Shown here piece by piece: positions 27,474 through 41,725 of a DNA stretch of 64,000 bases. The notes below the pieces were generated by a model that ran no database searches, was not told the DNA's origin, and saw only the letters and a program-made list of their open reading frames with translations. A program made the translations under genes and the position numbers. Numbering within the stretch: position 1 is the first letter of the stretch; every line of letters starts with the position of its first letter. Source of the stretch: Octopus vulgaris (lineage: Eukaryota); the NCBI GenBank assembly GCA_951406725.2, contig OX597840.1, forward strand, positions 37,324,001 through 37,388,000, given 5' to 3'.

Positions 27474-29957
27474 TGTGTGTGAGTGTATTAACGTGTATGG
27501 GTGTGATAGTGTTGATGTGTGTGTAAAGAAAGTGTGTGGTGTCTTTTGGCGGGAATATGTTACCTGTATACTTTATTTGTAAGTTTGATTAGATAATCAT
27601 TTGTTGTTAGATTACAGTCACACCCTTAATTTGTGGCGGGTGGATTCTTATGTGTGAAATTGAAGCTAACGGGTAGATCTCCAAATTGTCTGTCAAATGG
27701 TGATAAATGGTATAGATACCAATCTCTAAGAACAGGTCAGTGCTTTAGGACGTATTGTACAAATTGTTCGAGAATAAAAATTCAACCTTGGGGCTCAGGC
27801 CAGGAACCCCTTTTAATACATTCCTAATCAAAATCGAAATTGCTTTCAACAAGAGCGACTGTAACAACAATAACATGAACGACAGGAACGCAACAGAAAG
27901 TTGAGCTGTCACAAAAAGCTTGACATTCCGTGACGGTATCGATTTTGCTGTCAGACGGTTTCGAAATCTATGCTCTCCAATCGGCAGGGATAAAGCACAA
28001 CGTCCCACACTAAAAACTTTATTTCACACTCTCGCAAGCACTCACACAGAAACACGCACGCACATACATTAATACATATATATACTCGCACACATAGACA
28101 CACAAGTAGTCTTTCGTCCATTCCTTATAGATATGAAATGCGAGAAACTTCGATACTCTCATTGATAACATACTCGTGAGTATTTAGTCGTTATCGACGC
28201 CCAGTGTCAGAAAATTACTGAACAAAATATTAAATAAAAACGTTCCATCCATGGCAGTCATGTCTTTTAGGGAGTATGTTGCATTTCACCATTCTAAAGT
28301 TGGTGTGTTTAAGAAAGATTTGGTTGCTATGTCTAGTAAAAGAAATTCCACAGATATATATTCTTGACGTGTCCTGATCAATTAAAACGCATTGAAATAA
28401 GTAAACCATTGAGGATACTATTCCGATGCCTTCTGTGCCAGAGAACATACAACAATAACAAATAAACACTGACACCGGCCAAAAGCAGTCGATGAAAGTC
28501 AATGTTGAAAACCAGTTATCTTATACCTTTACTCCAAGATGAACTTAGCTCTTCATCTCTTCCACAAATCAATGAGTAAAAAGCTGCCTTTTGCCGCCCT
28601 ACCAGAAATACCAGCCAAATTTCCCTCAAATCCTGTTTGTTTATCTTCCAGCTAAGAGATGTACATTGTAAAATATTGTCCTAGATACACTATGCCTATA
28701 TAATGGGATTCTCTGAGAATGTGGATCACTCTCTCGTTCGCACTCATTTTTACTTATTCATTCCTCCTCTTTCTCTTCTTTTCTCACACTTTAAACTCGC
28801 TGCCTCTTTCTTCCTGTCTTTCACTCTCTCGTTCTTTCATACTGGCTCTCTTCCCCCTCTCCCTATCATTCCTTATTTTATTTAACACTCTCCTCCCACC
28901 TCTCTCTACTCTTTCTCGTTCTTATTCTTCTTCACTTTTAAGCATTATATCTGTTCGTATCTCCCACCAAGTCCTTCTTCTGTATTTCCTTCTATATTAC
29001 TCACTCATTCAGAGTATATTGCTCGTAGTCTCTTTCTCCCCTCCTTTCAAGCTTTATCTCTCTTTCTTTCTATATCTCTCAACGATTCTCTCTCATTCCT
29101 CGTCCATCATTTCCGCATGCAAACCAACACACACACACAAACACGCGCGCGCTCTTATTCTATTTACGACTTTAGCGTCGTTGAAATCGAACGTTCTCGT
29201 TAGATTCCTACGTTTCAAGCACATCTCAATCTTCCAACGCACTCTCGGAAGTACAAGGTTGCTTTTAGCATTTATTGCTCTTCAAATGAAACCAAGAATT
29301 TTAACTTTCCATTATTTACCAGTTAATTTTCCGTTAAATTATGCATTTAATTCACCATTCCATCTGCTGTTTTTGGTTCTCTACAAAGAATGCTGCGAAA
29401 CAAGTGGAAATTGAATTAATCTTGTGACAGCGCAAACTTAGAAGTATGCTACTTCAGAATCGCTCTGAAATATTTATGAGGTTTCACAAATTACGATAAC
29501 ATGTAAATTCTTCGCAAATACATTCAACATATAAAGTTCGTAGATTCTCCAAGGCACTAAAGACGCTACAATGCAATCACTTCCATTGCTAGAAATAGCT
29601 CACAAAATTACATTCTCCCAAGCGAAATCAATAAAACATGAACTCATTTAATGTAAATATTACAAAGAGTGGAATAATAAATTTTACGTTTTGAGACAGA
29701 GAACTCTAACGTTTTGCAGAATGTTCCTTTATCAAGGAGAGGTAAAATATTTACTGGTACTCCGTTAACTTAGTGACACCTAGGCTTAAATAGACAGGAT
29801 GCTCATGTCTGGAAAGGATTTTTATTGTATGTCTAGAGAATAGGGATGACTTGTGGCTAAATTCGTTGTATTTGTATGTTTTAGTTCCTCATCAGAATTT
29901 TCGGGACTGTGGCCAAGCCACGACATCGCTTTTGATATAATATTTTACATTAAACAA

Positions 29958-30160
29958 GGCGGCGAGCTGGCAGAGGCGTTAGCACGCCGGGCGAAATGCG
30001 TAGCCGTATTTCGTCTGCCGTTACGTTCTTAGTTCAAATTCCGCCGAGGTCGACTTTGCCTTTCATCCTTTCGGGGTCGATAAATTAAGTACCAGTTACC
30101 CCTTTGTCAGTCCTTGTTTGTCAACTCTATGTTTAGCCCCTTGTGGGTAGTAAAGAAATA
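29958..30160 (+). mobile_element. SINE family A monomer (young, small internal deletion)
   Basis: Near identity with 57716-57944. Confidence 0.93.
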
Positions 30161-30727
30161 GATATAATATTTCACGTTAAATGGAAGCCTTTTGTTGCTT
30201 CAATAGTTTAACCCAGCTTTTCCATTTCTCGAGCTGAACTGTACCAATTCCATTCTGTATCCAGACACAGTCTATCCTAGTCTAGAGTCCACTATATCGT
30301 TCTTAGGTTAAAGTTTGGATCTATATTTCTTTTTAGGGGTGATGGAGACGAAGAGTACATACATGTGTATGTGTGTATCTGCAAATGTGTGTATGAGTGT
30401 GCATACATATTTACGCGTATATGTGTATATACGTATATACACAAATATGTGTACGTCTGGATGCATATATGTGCATAGGTATATACGGGTAACTCTGTAC
30501 CTATGTGGGTATATATATATATATACAAAATTTAGAGGACTGACCACTAAAAGTGGACACCTAATATGCTAAACATAGACGTCAAATCCCCATTACCACG
30601 AAGAATGTGGTCTCAAGAAACATCTCAGCAAGAAACCAAAATTTAAGAATAAGCAAGGCAAATGAAAATATACGAAATAAAAAAAAACGATTACCTATTC
30701 ATATCAATTTCTACCCTTATATAATTT

Positions 30728-30777
<50 letters not shown>

Positions 30778-30834
30778 AATTTAATGTAGGATAAAATTTT
30801 TTCGAAAACAAATTTTATCGATGGCCAGCATAAG

Positions 30835-30865
<31 letters not shown>

Positions 30866-32048
30866 CGTGTGTGTACATGCACATATATAATTTTTTATAA
30901 TTTTATTCATACTTTATATATGAATATTTTAATCTTTAATCAACTAAATTTACCTTATTTATATTTTAATTTCCTCTGTTATCTCGTTTTACTTCATTTA
31001 TATGTTTTAATTTTATATATCTACTCTTCTTTATCTCTAATCAATCTGGAAACCCCCTCGCGCGAGCATAAAAATACAGATAATAAACCGTATGATTTTG
31101 TCTGCTGAAATGAATTATAAACCCACAAATAACATTCCAACGTAGATCTTCTTCCCATTGATGAAACCATTACAAATATCATATAAATGTAAATTTAATG
31201 TACAAATTTGCGACTAAATTATTGACTGATAATTGAAACGGCCGTAAGAAGCAAAGATGACAAATTTGTTTTTAATAATAAACAACTATTAACTTCCTAA
31301 TTTCCGTTTTGTTTTCAATGTTTAACAAGATATAAACCATAGGCTTTATATATACCTATTACTTTAAGGGAATTTCATTTCCCCAAAATACTTTGTATTG
31401 AACCAATATTTCCTTGGATGCAACCATCCTTTCACGAGGTTAACATATCCTGGAATTAATTTAAATTTAATAAACTTAATAAATTTAATATGCATGCATT
31501 TATATGTTTGTGTATCGAGTATTCCATTGTTAACTCTTCTGAACGCTTCCTATACATAAACGAAAAGAAAACGAATTGTTCAGAGAAGGTCTCGGGGTAT
31601 TATTAACATGTCAATTCCTCAATGATATAACAATAAGTCATTCCTTAAGCAAGGGCGATAATGAAGGAATGAAAAACAATTGAGGAATTTGAAAGAAAGA
31701 ATGTAGAAAATATTTTATATTCATTCGTTATTGAAAAGTGAATCGTCATTTATTTCTCTTTCACTATCAATTATATCTTGCTCTATCTTTGATCAATCTC
31801 CATGTTGAGCAGACGTTATTTACTTCAACGAATCAATGCCTGCGTTTCGGATATTGGTGCTGCCATAAATAAGCATAGCGCCGCAACGTTTTGGATAAAC
31901 GCTCTGAGTGACACGAATACTTGTATTCTTCAGGATATGTTGAATATTGTTTCCAGTAAGTACGAATCAAAATACATACATACGTATACTTGTATGAGTG
32001 TGTGTATGAAGAGACAGAGTGTGTGTCTGAGAGAGATAGAGGTAAATA

Positions 32049-32697
32049 ATCCTGTCTATTCTAGGCACAAGGCCCGAAATTTTTTGGGGAAGGGGTTAGT
32101 GAATTCGATCGACCCCAGTACGCAGCTAATACTTAATTTATCGACTCTAAAAGAATGAAAGGCGAAGTCGACCTCGGCGGAATTTAAACTCAGAACATAA
32201 AGACAGTTGAAATACCTATTTCTTTACTACCCACAAGGGGCTAAACACAAAGAGGACAAACAAGGACAGACAAACGGATTAAGTCGATTATATCGATCCG
32301 AGTGCGTAACTGGGACTTATGTAATCGACCCTGAAAGGATGAAAGGCAAAGTCGACCTCGGCGGAATTTGAACTCAGAACGTAAAGACAGACGAAATACC
32401 TATTTCTTTACTACCCAGATGCTGCTAAACACAGAGAGGACAAAGAAGGACAGATAAACGGACTAAGTCGATTATATCGACCCCAGTGCGTAACTGGTAC
32501 TTATTTAATCGACTCCGAAAAGATGAAAGGCATAGTCGATCTCGGCGGAATTTGACGTTGACTTTGCCTTTCATCGATGTAATCGACTTAATCCCTTTAT
32601 CTGTCCTTGTTTGTACCCTGTATGTATAGCCCCTTGTGGGCAATAATGAAATAAACGTTAGCGCGCCGGGTGAAATGCGTATCGGTATTTCAACTGT
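32049..32697 (-). mobile_element. SINE family A trimer with strand-inverted, scrambled 5' end
   Basis: Three minus-strand body units (184-bp period) to about 32552, then plus-strand body/tail and a displaced head fragment. Confidence 0.88.
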
Positions 32698-33019
32698 CGA
32701 TACGGTGTCAGGATGTCGGCTGATTGTGACGAAGTGCAGATGGAGGTCTACTCAGATGCTTAAATCATTAAGACAGGGTGTCCTTTTTCTCACAGAAACG
32801 GAAAACTGCTTCGTGAAATCATATTTGCTCTCAAACGCTTTGTCCCCAGCCAGTATGTCGAGGACGTTTTGGGTTTGGAAACCAGATTCTCTCAATCTAA
32901 TGTCTTCGCTGCTATATTTTTTTCAGTTTTGTAGATGTGGGGTTCCTCCAATCAGCTCCCATACCGCACAATCTCTTTAATCAGAATCACTTGTTTTGAT
33001 GTTTGCATGTGTGTGTATG

Positions 33020-33066
<47 letters not shown>

Positions 33067-33746
33067 CGTATGTATATGTATGTGTCTGCATTTACATGTA
33101 TGTAAGCATTTGGGCACATACATGTATGTAATATGTGTACACGAAAAAAACTATGTACTTTCTGATGAATGTGTGTGTATGTATGTATGTATGTATGTAT
33201 GTATGTGTGTGTGTGTGTGTGTGTGTTTATTTTGCCTTGTTCTTCATTATTTCTTAATTCACCATTGAAAACTAAAATGAATTTATCAAACACACTTTGA
33301 CTCTAGTTTGTTAATGTCAACCACTCAAGGCAGTCATTGTTTCTCTACTTTATATTGAATTAACAAAATAAACATCTACAACAACCATCCCCGCCACCAA
33401 CACCACCACCACCACAACTACAACAAAAACAACAACACCAGTTAAAACAAAAATTTACCGAAAACTCGCATTATTAAATCGTTATTTGTCTCTTAACGTC
33501 ATCTTCCGTTTATTTCCATTTTGTTTTTATTTAATCATTTTTTATTCCATTATTTCTTCTTAACCTAACAAACACGGCTTCTAATGTTTTGCGTATTTCT
33601 AAACTTTACAAATGTTTTATAATTGCCTCTAAATTCTGTCAAAGACACATAAATTGGCCGCACATTATATATAAGAAAATACATCTGTCCCAGGAAGAAC
33701 AAAAAATGTCTTATTCCGTCTTGCTCGTATTAATTACTCTTCTAGA

Positions 33747-33975
33747 GCGGCGAGCTGGCAGAACCGTTAGCACGCCGGGCGAAATGCGTAGCCGTATTTC
33801 GTCTGCCGTTACGTTCAGAGTTCAAATTCCGCCTAGCTCGACTTTGCCTTTCATTCTTTCGGGGTTGATAAATTATGTTCCAGTTACGCACTGGGGTCGA
33901 TGTAATCGACTTAACCCCTTTGTCAGTCCCTGTTTGTCCACTCTATGTTTAGCCCTTTGTGGGTAATAAAGAAAC
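33747..33975 (+). mobile_element. SINE family A monomer
   Basis: Complete head, B-box GAGTTCAAATTCC, body and type-1 tail. Confidence 0.93.
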
Positions 33976-34235
33976 ATATTAATTATTCTTCTGGGTAGAT
34001 CTTAGTCCTAACAGAGTGAAAGAAACTTATTCGCTTCGAAGTTACTGACAACCGCCTTGCTTTTAATTAGGCGTGGTCATTCAGTTATGCTCGTTCGTCT
34101 CAGCGACTCTATATATGGTCATAGGTACACAGAAACGTAAAAGGTAGCTTAAATGTGCATATATTTACATGTATGTGTGTGTGTGTGTGTGTGTGTGGAT
34201 GTTAGTGAAGATGAGTGTGTGTGTGCGCGTTCGTT

Positions 34236-34525
34236 GGTGACGCATGGCCCAGTGACTAGGGTGTTGCACTCATGATCACGAGGTCGTGGTTTCAATTTCT
34301 AAACTAGGTGGTGCGCTGTGTTCTAGAGCAAAACTCTTCCTCTCCCGTTACTCTACGATTACTTTCATACCTGCTGCACCTTGCACCTGTTCAGAGGACG
34401 TTGATTAGATGAAGAGAGAGAGAGCTAATATACGGCACAATTGATAATTAGAAATAAATGATTTGTGCAGGTTGTTTGACAAAACGTTCTACTCTCATAC
34501 GTCATCCTCGACGGCAGAGTCCATT
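34236..34525 (+). mobile_element. SINE family C (tRNA head plus CORE-like segment)
   Basis: TGGCCCAGTG A-box, GGTTTCAATT B-box-like, GTGTTCTAGAGCAAAAC; homologous to 60338-60600. Confidence 0.7.
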
Positions 34526-34552
34526 CTACACACACACACACACACACACACA

Positions 34553-34875
34553 TTCTTTTAGTCTTCTGCTTGCTTCAGCCATTAGACTGCAGCCTTGAAT
34601 AATTTTAGACGAACGAATCAACCCCAGTGCTTTTTTTCTGTTTTTAAGCTTGGTACTCAGTAAGTCACTGTTTTCTATCGAACTCCTAAGTTACATGGAC
34701 GTAAACACACTAACACCGGTTGTCCAGCTGACGGAACACAAGAACAAAGGCACACATACACACACACGACGGTCTTCTTTCAGGCTATAGCAGAAGACGC
34801 TTGCCCAAGGTGCCACGCAGTGGGACTGAATCCGGAACCATCTGTTTGGGAAGCAAGCTTCTTACCACACAGCCG
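34553..34875 (-). mobile_element. SINE family B
   Basis: GCTTGCCCAAGGTGCCACGCAGTGGGACTGAA...GGAAGCAAGCTTCTTACCACACAGCC. Confidence 0.88.
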
Positions 34876-36448
34876 CTTCAGCAGTAATCTATCTATGTGT
34901 GTGTGTGTGTTTGGGGTATATATATGTGTGTGTACAGGAGAGGGATTTGCATGCACATTTGTGCACATGTGCATGTATTTGTATACCTTCTACCTTCAAT
35001 ATGATGCACTCAGACTGCAGCTATTAAAGGACACACGCTTCAGGAAAATTTGAGTCAAACGAATCGATTAAAACTTATTTTAATCGGGGTACTTATTCTG
35101 TCGAACTCTTTCACCGAACCGCTAACTAACGGGGACACACACACATTTAAATTTGATGCATCACAAAAGTGACGAAACATCGATGTCGATCGCTTCTGAA
35201 CGGAAGTTGGCGCTAATTGTCTCACCTGTCTACAAATGACATTCATGTGTTTTAACACCTGGCGCTTTCTGACAGAAATCTCCAACGCCTAGAATTGCTG
35301 CCGACGGACTAGCAAAATGCATACATTATGTTGTTGCGTTCGATATATATATATAAAATATGCAATGTGAAGAAACAAAAGACCTGGTAATTCAATCCGC
35401 AAATAACATAGCTTTTAGTTAGTTTCCGTTACAACTTCAGAATTTCTCCAATATATTTACATATACACGCATGTTTTAACGTTTTAATGCCTCCATCCGG
35501 AGATTTGGACGTATATATTTTTAATATATTTATTCATAGATTAAAAAAAATAAAGTCTGTATTTGTATATTTTTAATCTATCATGTAGAATTGTCCTTTC
35601 AATCCATCTCTTATCGGAGTTTGCAGATTCAATTACCAGTTTTTTTGTTTTTCACATTACCTATTGACATACTTCGTCTTAAGTTACTGTTGAGCACTTC
35701 TAAGTTCAACCCTCCACTTTGTGAGAGAATTCCTTATCAATCTTCTTTCTCAAGACAATTACAATATATATACATATATGTATGTGTGTGTGTCATATAT
35801 ATATATATATATCTATCTATCTATATATATATATATATACATATACTTTCTATTATAGGTAAAAGGCTGGAATTTAAGGGGTGGAGAGACAGTCTATCAC
35901 TCAACTTATCGACTCCGAAATGATGAAAGACAAACAAGAACTAGGTGGAATTTGAACTCAAAACATGGAGTTGGTCGAAATGCAAACAGGCATTTTGGCC
36001 AGCGTGTATATATAAGTAAAAGTGAGAGAGTGTGGGTGTGTGTGTCTGCGCGCGCGTATATATATGAATATTTCTGTATGTATAAGTGCAAATATATTTA
36101 TATCTGTATATATATATGTGTGTGCGTGTGTGTGTGTGTGTGTGTGTCTGTGTGCGTGCGTGTGTGGTGTGTGTCTCTCTGTGTGCCTAGATATTAATAT
36201 CTGTGCTTGAGTTTTATTGTTGCAATGGTCTCAGTTACGAGAACTGTGTTATTCAATGTAAGCACTAACCTTACAGGTTTCAATCAAATGTTTATATCGA
36301 TCTCAACACTTCAACAGATACTTATTTAATCGTCACTATCAATCGAAATAGCTTTAGGGGATTATATCCGATTTTTGGACAAAAAATCTTATATGGATTT
36401 ATATATATATATATATTCCACTCGTGCGGTACCTTAAAACTCCACTTT

Positions 36449-36491
<43 letters not shown>

Positions 36492-36917
36492 TCACACAAA
36501 AACACATATATGTATATACATATTTGTGTGTATATATTTATACAAATTCACACAATTTTATATGCGTATAAATTTATATAGACATTCGCAGATGTTATAT
36601 ACAGCACGCTCTTGTATATGTGTGTATAGGCTTTGTATGTTTTCCAATGCGTTTAAGTAGAATCAAGTACACTTTCACAGAGTTATACATTCTGAACCGC
36701 TGCCAATTTCCATTCCACAGACAAAATGTTAGATGATGGATCCTTGACACTGTTAGGAAAATCATGAATTCTTAACTGGAGCTGTCACTTCTCGATAAAG
36801 TCTTCACACTAAACTCTTCGTAATTGGGATGACAACCGTTTTATCAAGTATGATACATCGTTAGCTGCTTATGCAGGAGTGTGCTTATGTATATACGCAC
36901 ATAGACATATGTGTGTC

Positions 36918-37191
36918 TGTCTATTTACTTACCTATCTATCTACTTATCTATCTATCTATCTACTTATCTATCTATCTATCTACTTATCTATCTATCTAT
37001 CTACTTATCTATCTATCTATCTACTTACCTATCTATCTATCTATCTACTTATCTATCTATCTATCTACTTATCTATCTATCTATCTACTTACCTATCTAT
37101 CTATCTACTTACCTATCTATCTATCTATCTATTTACCTATCTATCTATCTATCTATCTACTTACCTATCTATCTATCTATCTACTTATCTG

Positions 37192-37227
<36 letters not shown>

Positions 37228-37290
37228 CTTACCTATCTATCTACCTATCTATTCATCCATCTATCTAATTATCTATCTATCTTTCTATGT
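36918..37290. repeat. (CTAT)n microsatellite with periodic CTACTTA interruptions
   Basis: Directly visible. Confidence 0.96.
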
Positions 37291-37455
37291 ATGACAAAGA
37301 TGACTTTTGGCTGGAGATTGTTAGATTCATTGCTGTATTCTGACATATGTTTCTGCTTCCCACACGTTTACTTGTAAGAATATTTCCGAATCCATAGAAT
37401 TTTATTAAATAATATTTATAACATTTATGGATGTTGAACATGTCTTTATTCCTAA

Positions 37456-37492
<37 letters not shown>

Positions 37493-37995
37493 TATATATA
37501 TATGCATGTATGTATGTATGATATATATATTTATATATATGTATATATATATATATTTATATATATATATATCATAACATATGTACGTATATATATATAT
37601 ACCATATATATATATAAAATACCATTAAAAGCAAATTTCAGCATCATTCCTCCTCAGATAACATCGCATATGGACATAATGTCTTTAAAAACAAAATACA
37701 TAGCGTTGGCATTGAGAAAGTTCGCTGTATTTCTCCCTCATAGAGCTTCTCTGGTCGTATATAGTCAAAGCTAACATTATGCCTAAGGGAAATCTACCCT
37801 AACAATAGAGATAGAAAAAAAAAAGAAATGGTGAATAGACAGACAGTCGTGGGAGAAGGAATTAGGTTAACTTGACATAAAACCGAATGGAACCATAACC
37901 TATGATGTTAGATTCATTTAAAAAATTAAGAGAAAAGAGGAAGCGATCAAATATGGCAGCCGCTTAGTATATATATTCATACACAAATACATATA

Positions 37996-39173
37996 TGTGG
38001 TCTGATCGATACGCATCCAGATCGTTGCCATAGTAACGAAGCTAATGCAGGCAGAGTGAAGTTGATTGGCACAGATTGACCTTGAACTCTGATGCGCATG
38101 CGCACTAAGTTTACACCTTCTAGTCCACTTCCTCTGTTTACATCAGTGCTTGGAAGGAACATGTGTTTGCGAGTGTTCATCGCATTGACAATGAGAGAGA
38201 AATTTGATGAGAGAATCAGCATCAAATTTTGTCAAATGCTTGGCGATGCCAGCTGAGAGGCCTACAAAATGTTTTCAAAAAGTTTTCATCGTTCTCGACA
38301 CAATCAAAGAGAACTCATGCAATTGTGAAACCCGAGTGTCCTTTCGGTCAGCTAAAAGCCGGTTTGGCACAAACTTGGCAGATAAGCGTTTCGTATCCAA
38401 ATCTTCGATGATAAGGAACTGAACGGAACAGTAAACTAATCTGCACATCCTCTGAGAAGTCACGGATGGAGATCCGATAATTTCTCTCAAAACTGCACGC
38501 ACTTCTTCTCCAAGACCGTTCGTCACTATCGACATTTTCTCAGCCGTCTTGGAACCGTCTGAAGGACTCCACACTTTTTCTGCAATATTGCATAGACCTC
38601 TTAGTAGGTATCGCCATGGAAGCTTTCTCTGTCATGGTCAAGGCGACGATCACACGTTACCAGTTAAGTACCAGTTGCGAACTGGTGTCGATCTAATAGA
38701 CTGACCCCTTCCACCAAAATTTCGGGCCTTTTGCCTAGAGTAGAATCATGAATTCTTAACTGGAGCTCTCACTTCTCGAGAAAGTCTTCATAATTGGGAT
38801 GACAACCGTTTTATCAAGTATGATACATCTTTAGCTGCTTATACAGGAGTGTGCTTATGTATATACGCACATAGACATATGTGTGTATGTCTATCTATTT
38901 ACCAGTTAAGTACCAGTTAAGTACCAGTTGTGTACTGGAGTAGATTTATTCGACTGGCCCCTTCCACCAAAATTTCGGGTCTTTTGCCTAGAGTAGAAAA
39001 CGGATCACGCGATACTTCGAAGCTCTGCTGTAAAGAACAGAATCAAGAATGTGTTAAGACTTAGTGCACATGTACAACACTGGCGGAGGTCAATCTGTAC
39101 CTGCCAGCTTTACTCTGCGTGCTTTTGCTTCGTTACAATGGCAACAGTCCGGATACTTATTGATCAGACCTTG
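37996..39173 (+). mobile_element. Rearranged non-autonomous mariner element with ~120-bp TIRs
   Basis: TIR 37996-38110 is the reverse complement of 39060-39173, with TA on both sides. Transposase remnants: MREKFDERISIKFCQMLG on + (38190-38285); FRRFQDG*ENVDSDER and EDLDTKRLSAKFVP on - (38290-38600). Confidence 0.88.
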
Positions 39174-39344
39174 TATATGTCTATTTAGTTATATATATTT
39201 ATGTATTTTATTGTGACTGGGGAGCATCATTTTCTTCTAGTGCCTTATTAATTTAACACTCACTGGTCTGACTTCCACTCATTTACATCTACGTATATTT
39301 ATATGTATATATACATACATATATGTTTGTATGTATGTACATAC

Positions 39345-39490
39345 ATATGGTCGAAATTTACAGAAAAACAAAACATGAAGACAGGTGTATGAACACCAAG
39401 CAGGTTTATTAGCTCGACGCTCAGGAAAGTGAGGAAGTCTTCTACGTTTCGAGCCTACGCTCTTCAACAGAAAGGAATGAGAAAAAATAA
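39345..39490 (-). mobile_element. Family H short repeat with hammerhead-like motif (CUGUUGA)
   Basis: Minus strand 39474-39439 reads CUUU-CUGUUGA-A-GAGC GUAG GCUC-GAAA-CG-UA-GAAG. Confidence 0.75.
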
Positions 39491-39708
39491 ACACACACAC
39501 AAAGATATGTATATATATATATATATAAATATATGAAAGAATGGAGTTGAACGACGAATTAACAAAATTCCTTTATTTTCGACATATGCTTCGAAGGCAG
39601 AATATTCCTAATTGCGAAGGAATAAGGAGTATATTATGTCTTCTCTGATGTGAATTTCCTACCCAGGTATCGGTTAACCGAATTATCCATAACAAGATAA
39701 TTCATTCA

Positions 39709-39739
<31 letters not shown>

Positions 39740-40944
39740 AGCGCATGTTAGTCTTCCAGTGGTAAAGTTACGTAATTATAAATGCAAACAGAAACATGTG
39801 GTTATACGTGAATATCTTCATGTTTGTCGTATGTGTATAGTGTACGTACGACTATACATAAGAACTTTGGGAAACGCGCGCGCGTCGCGCACACACATAC
39901 ACGCACACACACACACACACACGTACACGTACACACAGAATATTCTTGAGTAAATTTGATATAAAAAACATTATCGATAGAGAAGTCATTCTCACAAAAA
40001 AAGATGAACCAAAATGAACTGGATGTTGAAAATAAATAAATAAATAAATAAAAGGAAAAAAAGAAAATGGCGGGGAAGAGAATAAATGGAAGAAAAAAAA
40101 CAACTAAATCTGTTATTTGAAATTACTTAAAATTTGAAAGAAGAAACGAAGGGCAAATAAACCGAAAGTATAACAACTTTGAAGATCAACCGATTATTTT
40201 TGCTTTGTATAATAATAATAATAATAATAAAAATAACAATAATAATAACAACAATAATACTAACAATAATAATAATAACAACAATAATAACAATAACAAT
40301 AATAATAATACTAATAATAATAACAATATAAATAATAATAATGATAATAATAACGAATATTAGTATTATTATTTTTATCGATATTGCTATTATTATTGGT
40401 ATTACTATTGTTGTTGTTGTTGTTGTTATTACTTTGCTGTTCCTCATCGAATTATTTATTTGTTGTTGTTGTTATTAGCCTTAATAATATTGGGATTATC
40501 TCTTTCTGTTTTCATTTTATTTCTTTTTTAATATTTCCTAAATTCCATTATTGGAACTGTCAAAATAAAATTGATCACAATAAATCCTTTATTTGTGATA
40601 GGCAGAGTGAACAATAAAGCTATTAATAATAGTAGTAGTAGTATTAGTAGTAGTGATCATGACGATAATATTATTATTATTATTATTATTATCAATATTA
40701 TGATTTTTATTAGTGTTTTATCTGCCACAAGGCCCCAAGTATTGGGGACTGCGCAATGGTAAAGTACATAAGAAGACAAAAATTTGAGATTGCGTGGAAT
40801 TGACAGGGATTAAAATGGTCAGAATACATGAAAGCACTAAAAATACAATAATAAATAGGTAATCCTTTATAAATAGCACTTAATGTAGGGAACACGATAA
40901 GAAAGAACGGTTAACGATATTTCAGACAAGCAAAGTGGAACAGT

Positions 40945-41725
40945 CCACATACCAACAGAAAATATATTCTGTTTTAGTCAATCAAAGAAAGATAACTCGA
41001 TATCGGCCGAAATTCTGGAGCTCGATTGAGCGGTTTATGAAATGACTTAGAAGCAGTGCATTATTTTCTACAATCGTATTTCTTTTAAAGAAGACGGTAA
41101 ATGTTTTGGAGATTTAGTCTTAGAGGAGAAGCTCTGCTGTCAGGCTTTTCTGCCACATCCAACAGAAAATATATTCTGTTTTAGTCAATCAAAGAAAGAT
41201 AACTCGATATGTGAGTAAACGAAAAAGTTACTTCCAACTTCTTTAGAGACGTGACTGAGCGACGGAACCATTATGTACTTCCTGGTGGGAAGCGTTACTA
41301 AGAGAGAGGCCATTCTTTTGTGTTTCACATAACACATCAGTATGAATTGCTCGTAACAACCCAAACTTTTGGATTGCTTTCTTATATTTGTGAGGGGTAT
41401 GTTTCCCGAAATATTATGATCAAAAAAGTAATGTAAGGCAATACATTCGTTTTTCTATATCGAATCATTGCCAGACATATGTACATACATACACATATAC
41501 GCACACATATATACATACACACACACACACACACACACATATACATATACACACACACACACACATATACATACACACACACATATACATACACACACAC
41601 ATATATATATATATACATACACACACACGCACATATATACATACACACACACATATATACATACACACACATATATGTTTCACATAACACATCAGTATGA
41701 ATTGCTCGTAACAACCCAAACTTTT

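Noticed and set aside
28600-28720. Old dispersed repeat (AGAAATA.CAGCCAAAT...GTCCTAGATACAC), also at about 45440, 46610 and 63330
   Set aside because: It is probably a real ancient family, but boundaries and class cannot be defined by eye.
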